Below are positions 31,481 to 34,130 of a DNA stretch of 34,130 nucleotides, piece after piece. The DNA comes from a virus. The stretch's first letter is position 1. The number at the start of each line of letters is the position of its first letter. The stretch covers positions 1 through 34,130 of the IMG/VR virus record IMGVR_UViG_3300022746_000013; one strand, written 5' to 3'. A program made the position numbers and the translations under genes. Under the pieces are notes generated by a model. That model saw only the letters and a program-made list of their open reading frames with translations, had not been told where the DNA came from and did no database searches.

Positions 31481-31731
31481 TCCAAAGTTTCCGCTACCAA
31501 TGTGGCATAACCAGCAATGTCGTGCCAATGGTCATGTACGTTTGGGTTGCCATTCAAAATGCGAGCGATTTTGTGAGCAATCATGTCCAATGCTTCGCGT
31601 TGAGTTGCACCCAAAGAGCCATAACCGTGAGCGTTAAACATTTGGCATTTGATGCTTTGTGCAATCAATGCGTGTGTTTCAAAATTGCCATGTGTCTTTT
31701 GACGCTGTTTCAATGTTTTCTCGATACTCAT
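31477..31731 (-). CDS. Helical 84-aa protein (DUF6378-like; HGN...ALDMIAHKIARIL...HDHWHDIAGYA)
   Basis: ORF track; the motif resembles a widespread small phage family. Confidence 0.5.
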   Translation of the reverse strand: MSIEKTLKQRQKTHGNFETHALIAQSIKCQMFNAHGYGSLGATQREALDMIAHKIARILNGNPNVHDHWHDIAGYATLVAETLE

Positions 31732-32018
31732 TTAATTGCCCCTATAAATTTCAAAGCCTCATCAGGACTTTCTACAACGCCCAAGAAGGCGCATTTCCAT
31801 TCGTTGTGCCACTTCAACTGATCGTCAGTTAATTTACGCTGTGATGGCGGTTTACGCCCGTCTTTGACCTCAATAAGATAGATCGAGCCTTGGTATTTGC
31901 AAAGCAAGTCAGGTACGCCCTTGCCAACAGCCGCCAAAGACTGAACCGTAGCGCCAGCCGCCCGTAGCGCCGAAACAACCGCTTCTTGATTTGCGTCAAC
32001 TTTTGCCGCCCTTCTCAT
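31728..32018 (-). CDS. PD-(D/E)XK nuclease (VRR-NUC / resolvase-like), 96 aa
   Basis: KVDANQ..VV..L...G......GKGVPDLL....G..YLIEVK core. Confidence 0.6.
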   Translation of the reverse strand: MRRAAKVDANQEAVVSALRAAGATVQSLAAVGKGVPDLLCKYQGSIYLIEVKDGRKPPSQRKLTDDQLKWHNEWKCAFLGVVESPDEALKFIGAIK

Positions 32019-32170
32019 TTAACGTCTAACGGCAAAGTCACAACTGGCAAAGCCAACATAGTCTCTTTGGCGTATTCAAAGCCCAAGTCATATGCGTTGC
32101 TCATAGCCGTGATTGTGTTTTCATCGCAGCCTACGCCACGCAACATCAAAATCATGTCTTCTTTAGTCAT
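32015..32170 (-). CDS. Hypothetical 51-aa protein
   Basis: ORF track 32015-32251; start moved to the ATG at 32170 with GGGGGAAG SD. Confidence 0.45.
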   Translation of the reverse strand: MTKEDMILMLRGVGCDENTITAMSNAYDLGFEYAKETMLALPVVTLPLDVK

Positions 32171-32204
32171 TTTGGTCTTCCCCCACCACGTTTGCGCCAG
32201 CCTG

Positions 32205-32468
32205 TCATGCGTTCTCCTTAATGCCGTGGGCGGCTTCGATTGCTCGACCAATGCTGATACTTATTCTTCCAGCCATTCCCTGTAATGTGTGTTGTCTTGC
32301 GGAATTCCAGACAATCTCATCAATCTGCTCATCCGTCAACGGCTTGCGTTGTTGTGGTTGCAAATCTCTGATAGCCATAGACATTCGTATCAGCGCACTT
32401 CGTTGTGGGTCATGTCGGCTAAGTTGTTGAGCGCATTCAACGGCGTAATCTGCGTTACTTTTACTCAT
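32205..32468 (-). CDS. Mosaic paralogue 1, 87 aa (QQRKPLTDEQIDE ... IEAAHGI)
   Basis: ORF track; shares exact DNA blocks and the AAGGAGTAAGACATGAGTAAA start context with paralogue 2. Confidence 0.65.
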   Translation of the reverse strand: MSKSNADYAVECAQQLSRHDPQRSALIRMSMAIRDLQPQQRKPLTDEQIDEIVWNSARQHTLQGMAGRISISIGRAIEAAHGIKENA

Positions 32469-33125
32469 GTCTTACTCCTTAAAGTCCGAAGGACGTATGC
32501 CGTGGGCGGCTTCGATTGATCTGGCAAAGGCAAGCAAGCCTTTAGGAAGCCTCACTGCGTGTTCATCTATCCTGACTAACAACCCAAAAATCTGCTCATC
32601 CGTCATCGGCTTCTGTGCTGGTTGTAATGTGGTGTAAAGCTTTGCGCCAATTGGCGGTAGCTTTCCATTTTTCCAAGACACTTCTTTGTAGTCGCCGTTG
32701 GTCAGCAATATCTCACCCACAGGCTCACCCTGCTCTTGCTCCATCACACACTCAATGCAACTGCAATACGAAGTTCCGCAGTTTTGTGGGCGTTTTTGTT
32801 CTTGCTCTTTTGCAAGCAACTCAAACATATCTGCGATTTGCTCGTTTGTGTAAACGCCAATATGAGAGTCAGGAAACTTCACCCATTGACGGTCAATGCC
32901 TGAGATGTGGATAACGCAAAACTCATCTGTCTCAAGGCACACCAATCTGTCGCCACGGCGATATTTTTGCTCTTGCTTGGTTAGTGCTTCTTCTAGTTCA
33001 GCTATGACTCTTTTGGTGTATCTCAAAACAGGGTCGCACATTGCATTGTGTTCAACAGCACCTAATAAATTCTTCAACGCATCAAGCGCCAGCTTTATTG
33101 CTTCTTTACTCATGTCTTACTCCTT
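32460..33125. repeat. 21-nt exact repeat tttactcatgtcttactcctt (SD plus start codon context), 2 copies
   Basis: 32460-32480 = 33105-33125. Confidence 0.9.
32472..33113 (-). CDS. Mosaic paralogue 2, 213 aa (EQGEPV, LYTT, MTDEQI, IEAAHGI modules)
   Basis: ORF track; ATGA-coupled; shared modules. Confidence 0.65.
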   Translation of the reverse strand: MSKEAIKLALDALKNLLGAVEHNAMCDPVLRYTKRVIAELEEALTKQEQKYRRGDRLVCLETDEFCVIHISGIDRQWVKFPDSHIGVYTNEQIADMFELLAKEQEQKRPQNCGTSYCSCIECVMEQEQGEPVGEILLTNGDYKEVSWKNGKLPPIGAKLYTTLQPAQKPMTDEQIFGLLVRIDEHAVRLPKGLLAFARSIEAAHGIRPSDFKE

Positions 33126-33592
33126 GCTGAGAACTCAGCTTCGCTTGCGGTAATTCCGTGGGCGGCTTCGATTGCTCTGGCGAACGGCTCATAAACCATG
33201 TGATCTAGAGCGTGCCATTCAGCAAGTTCATCAATCTGCTCATCCGTCAGCGGCTTTCGTTGTTGTGGTGTGGTGTAGAGAGGCTGACCAACATTATTTC
33301 CGTTACCGTCAAGGATAGGGTCATCAAAATCTCGATAAACCCAATCGTCAGGTGAATGTCCCCAGTTATAACCGCGCCACGCCACAGGCTCACCCTGCTC
33401 TTGCTTGCGTTGTTGTGGTGTGGTGTAGAGAGGTCGCCATTCGTAAGGAATATGGTCACAAGCCTCTGCCTGCGCCTCATCAATGGTTCGATAGCGGCAT
33501 GGATACCAATTTGTCCATTCGGTTACTACACCATCTTGCATCCGTCTTGCTTGTCGTTCTTGCCACGCCACAGGCTCACCCTGCTCTTGCTT
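32717..33592. repeat. Exact repeat ccacaggctcaccctgctcttgct (encodes EQGEPV), 3 copies
   Basis: 31-nt identity 33376-33406 = 33562-33592; 24-nt subset at 32717-32740. Confidence 0.9.
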
Positions 33593-33832
33593 TTGACAAC
33601 ACTCACCAAATTCACCACAGTTATTGCATTTGCGCTGCTCTTGCTGAGTTGTCAAGGAATCCTTTACACCTGAAACCATTTTCGTGGTGTCAGGAATATG
33701 GTTGGCTAGTGCTTCTTCTAATGCTTGGCGCATTTCTTCTATCATTTGCCACAAGCGCCCATCTTTGTTTTTTGGCAACGTTGTGCTATCCCATGCGTTA
33801 ATTACGCGAATCATTGTTTGAATGTGTGTCAT
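33110..33832 (-). CDS. Mosaic paralogue 3, 240 aa (two EQGEPVAW and two PLYTTPQQRK modules, LTDEQIDE, IEAAHGI)
   Basis: ORF track 33110-33865; start moved to the ATG at 33832 (ATGA overlap). Confidence 0.65.
   Translation of the reverse strand: MTHIQTMIRVINAWDSTTLPKNKDGRLWQMIEEMRQALEEALANHIPDTTKMVSGVKDSLTTQQEQRKCNNCGEFGECCQKQEQGEPVAWQERQARRMQDGVVTEWTNWYPCRYRTIDEAQAEACDHIPYEWRPLYTTPQQRKQEQGEPVAWRGYNWGHSPDDWVYRDFDDPILDGNGNNVGQPLYTTPQQRKPLTDEQIDELAEWHALDHMVYEPFARAIEAAHGITASEAEFSARSKT
33258..33433. repeat. 26-nt exact repeat cgttgttgtggtgtggtgtagagagg (encodes LYTTPQQR), 2 copies exactly 150 nt apart
   Basis: 33258-33283 = 33408-33433. Confidence 0.9.
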
Positions 33833-34080
33833 AACTTGATGCACTCCATGCCTTCCCATTTGCACACAGGAGTTTCTTTACACATGATGACAAAGCCCTC
33901 TACGTCTTCATCTCCGCCAACACTTTGAACTTCATATCCATAGTCACCGACTTGGATAATGACTGGAGCATTTGGGTTAATCATGTCATCAATGTTTCTG
34001 TCTTTTTGCGTGAGCCAGACGTTTTCAACGTCAATCATGGCTTGCATAACATCATTCATGTTTTGTGATCGGATTTTCAT
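33829..34080 (-). CDS. Hypothetical acidic 83-aa protein
   Basis: ORF track; its start lies inside the terminal overlap. Confidence 0.55.
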   Translation of the reverse strand: MKIRSQNMNDVMQAMIDVENVWLTQKDRNIDDMINPNAPVIIQVGDYGYEVQSVGGDEDVEGFVIMCKETPVCKWEGMECIKL

Positions 34081-34130
34081 AAAGGGCTTTCTGGCAGTTG
34101 TTGACGCTGTTGTTGTGCGTATTCCTTGAT
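34004..34130. repeat. Terminal overlap copy B: exact 127-bp direct repeat of 1-127
   Basis: Same comparison; no mismatch seen. Confidence 0.97.

Larger units (their letters stand above)
32221..33177. repeat. Dispersed exact repeat ccgtgggcggcttcgattg (encodes IEAAHG), 3 copies
   Basis: 22-nt identities: 32221-32242 = 32497-32518, and 32224-32245 = 33156-33177. Confidence 0.9.
32317..33249. repeat. 22-nt exact repeat tcatcaatctgctcatccgtca (encodes TDEQIDE), 2 copies, extended with 3 mismatches to about 44 nt
   Basis: 32317-32338 = 33228-33249. Confidence 0.9.

Noticed and set aside
32205-33832. Repeated 21-31-nt blocks considered as a CRISPR array or as DGR template/variable repeats
   Set aside because: The repeats lie inside ORFs, are of several different families, are irregularly spaced and are in-frame protein modules. 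There is no reverse transcriptase in the genome, and the repeat copies do not differ at adenine positions.
1-34130. Lysogeny module (integrase, CI repressor, attP) or plasmid-partition genes
   Set aside because: I searched the ORF set by eye for tyrosine or serine recombinase, CI-like peptidase-HTH and ParA/ParB motifs and found none. Absence cannot be proven without profile searches.

Overview
The window is one complete, circularly closed genome of a small tailed dsDNA phage with podovirus-like gene order. Bases 1-127 are repeated exactly at 34004-34130, so the unique unit is 34,003 bp. Two transcription units diverge from a control region at 3060-3200. The short rightward unit (3201-6822) encodes an ERF / YqaJ-exonuclease recombination pair, a 79-aa SSB-like protein with an SSB-type acidic tail, an HNH-AP2 endonuclease, and small HTH, zinc-finger and membrane proteins. 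The leftward unit (~30 kb) runs from 3059 through the window ends down to 6811. In order it encodes a Cro-like HTH (53 aa, below the ORF-track cutoff), a MazG-like NTP-PPase, an HNH nuclease, a DUF1376-type replication protein and a chain of translationally coupled small ORFs. These are followed by three tandem mosaic paralogues (32205-33832), PD-(D/E)XK and YbcO-like nucleases, terS, an interrupted terL, portal, scaffold, major capsid and a decoration-like protein. The unit ends with adaptor/tail proteins, a C1q/TNF-like protein, three internal-virion-type proteins, a Dps-like mini-ferritin, the tail fibre and a lysis cassette closing with a GH19 endolysin. I saw no integrase, CI-type repressor, DNA polymerase, helicase, primase, RNA polymerase, tRNA, rRNA or CRISPR array. 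The most notable observation is that terL lacks its N-terminal segment and is separated from a 27-codon candidate 5' exon by an HNH homing-endonuclease cassette, one of five HNH genes in 34 kb. Other points worth a second look are the Dps-like gene with all four ferroxidase-ligand positions inside the virion operon, an antisense HNH gene with a leaderless-type promoter inside the late operon, the SSB-tail mini-protein, the mosaic paralogue family, and a lysis cassette without recognisable spanins. All functional calls come from motif recognition and gene order read by eye; no database searches were run.
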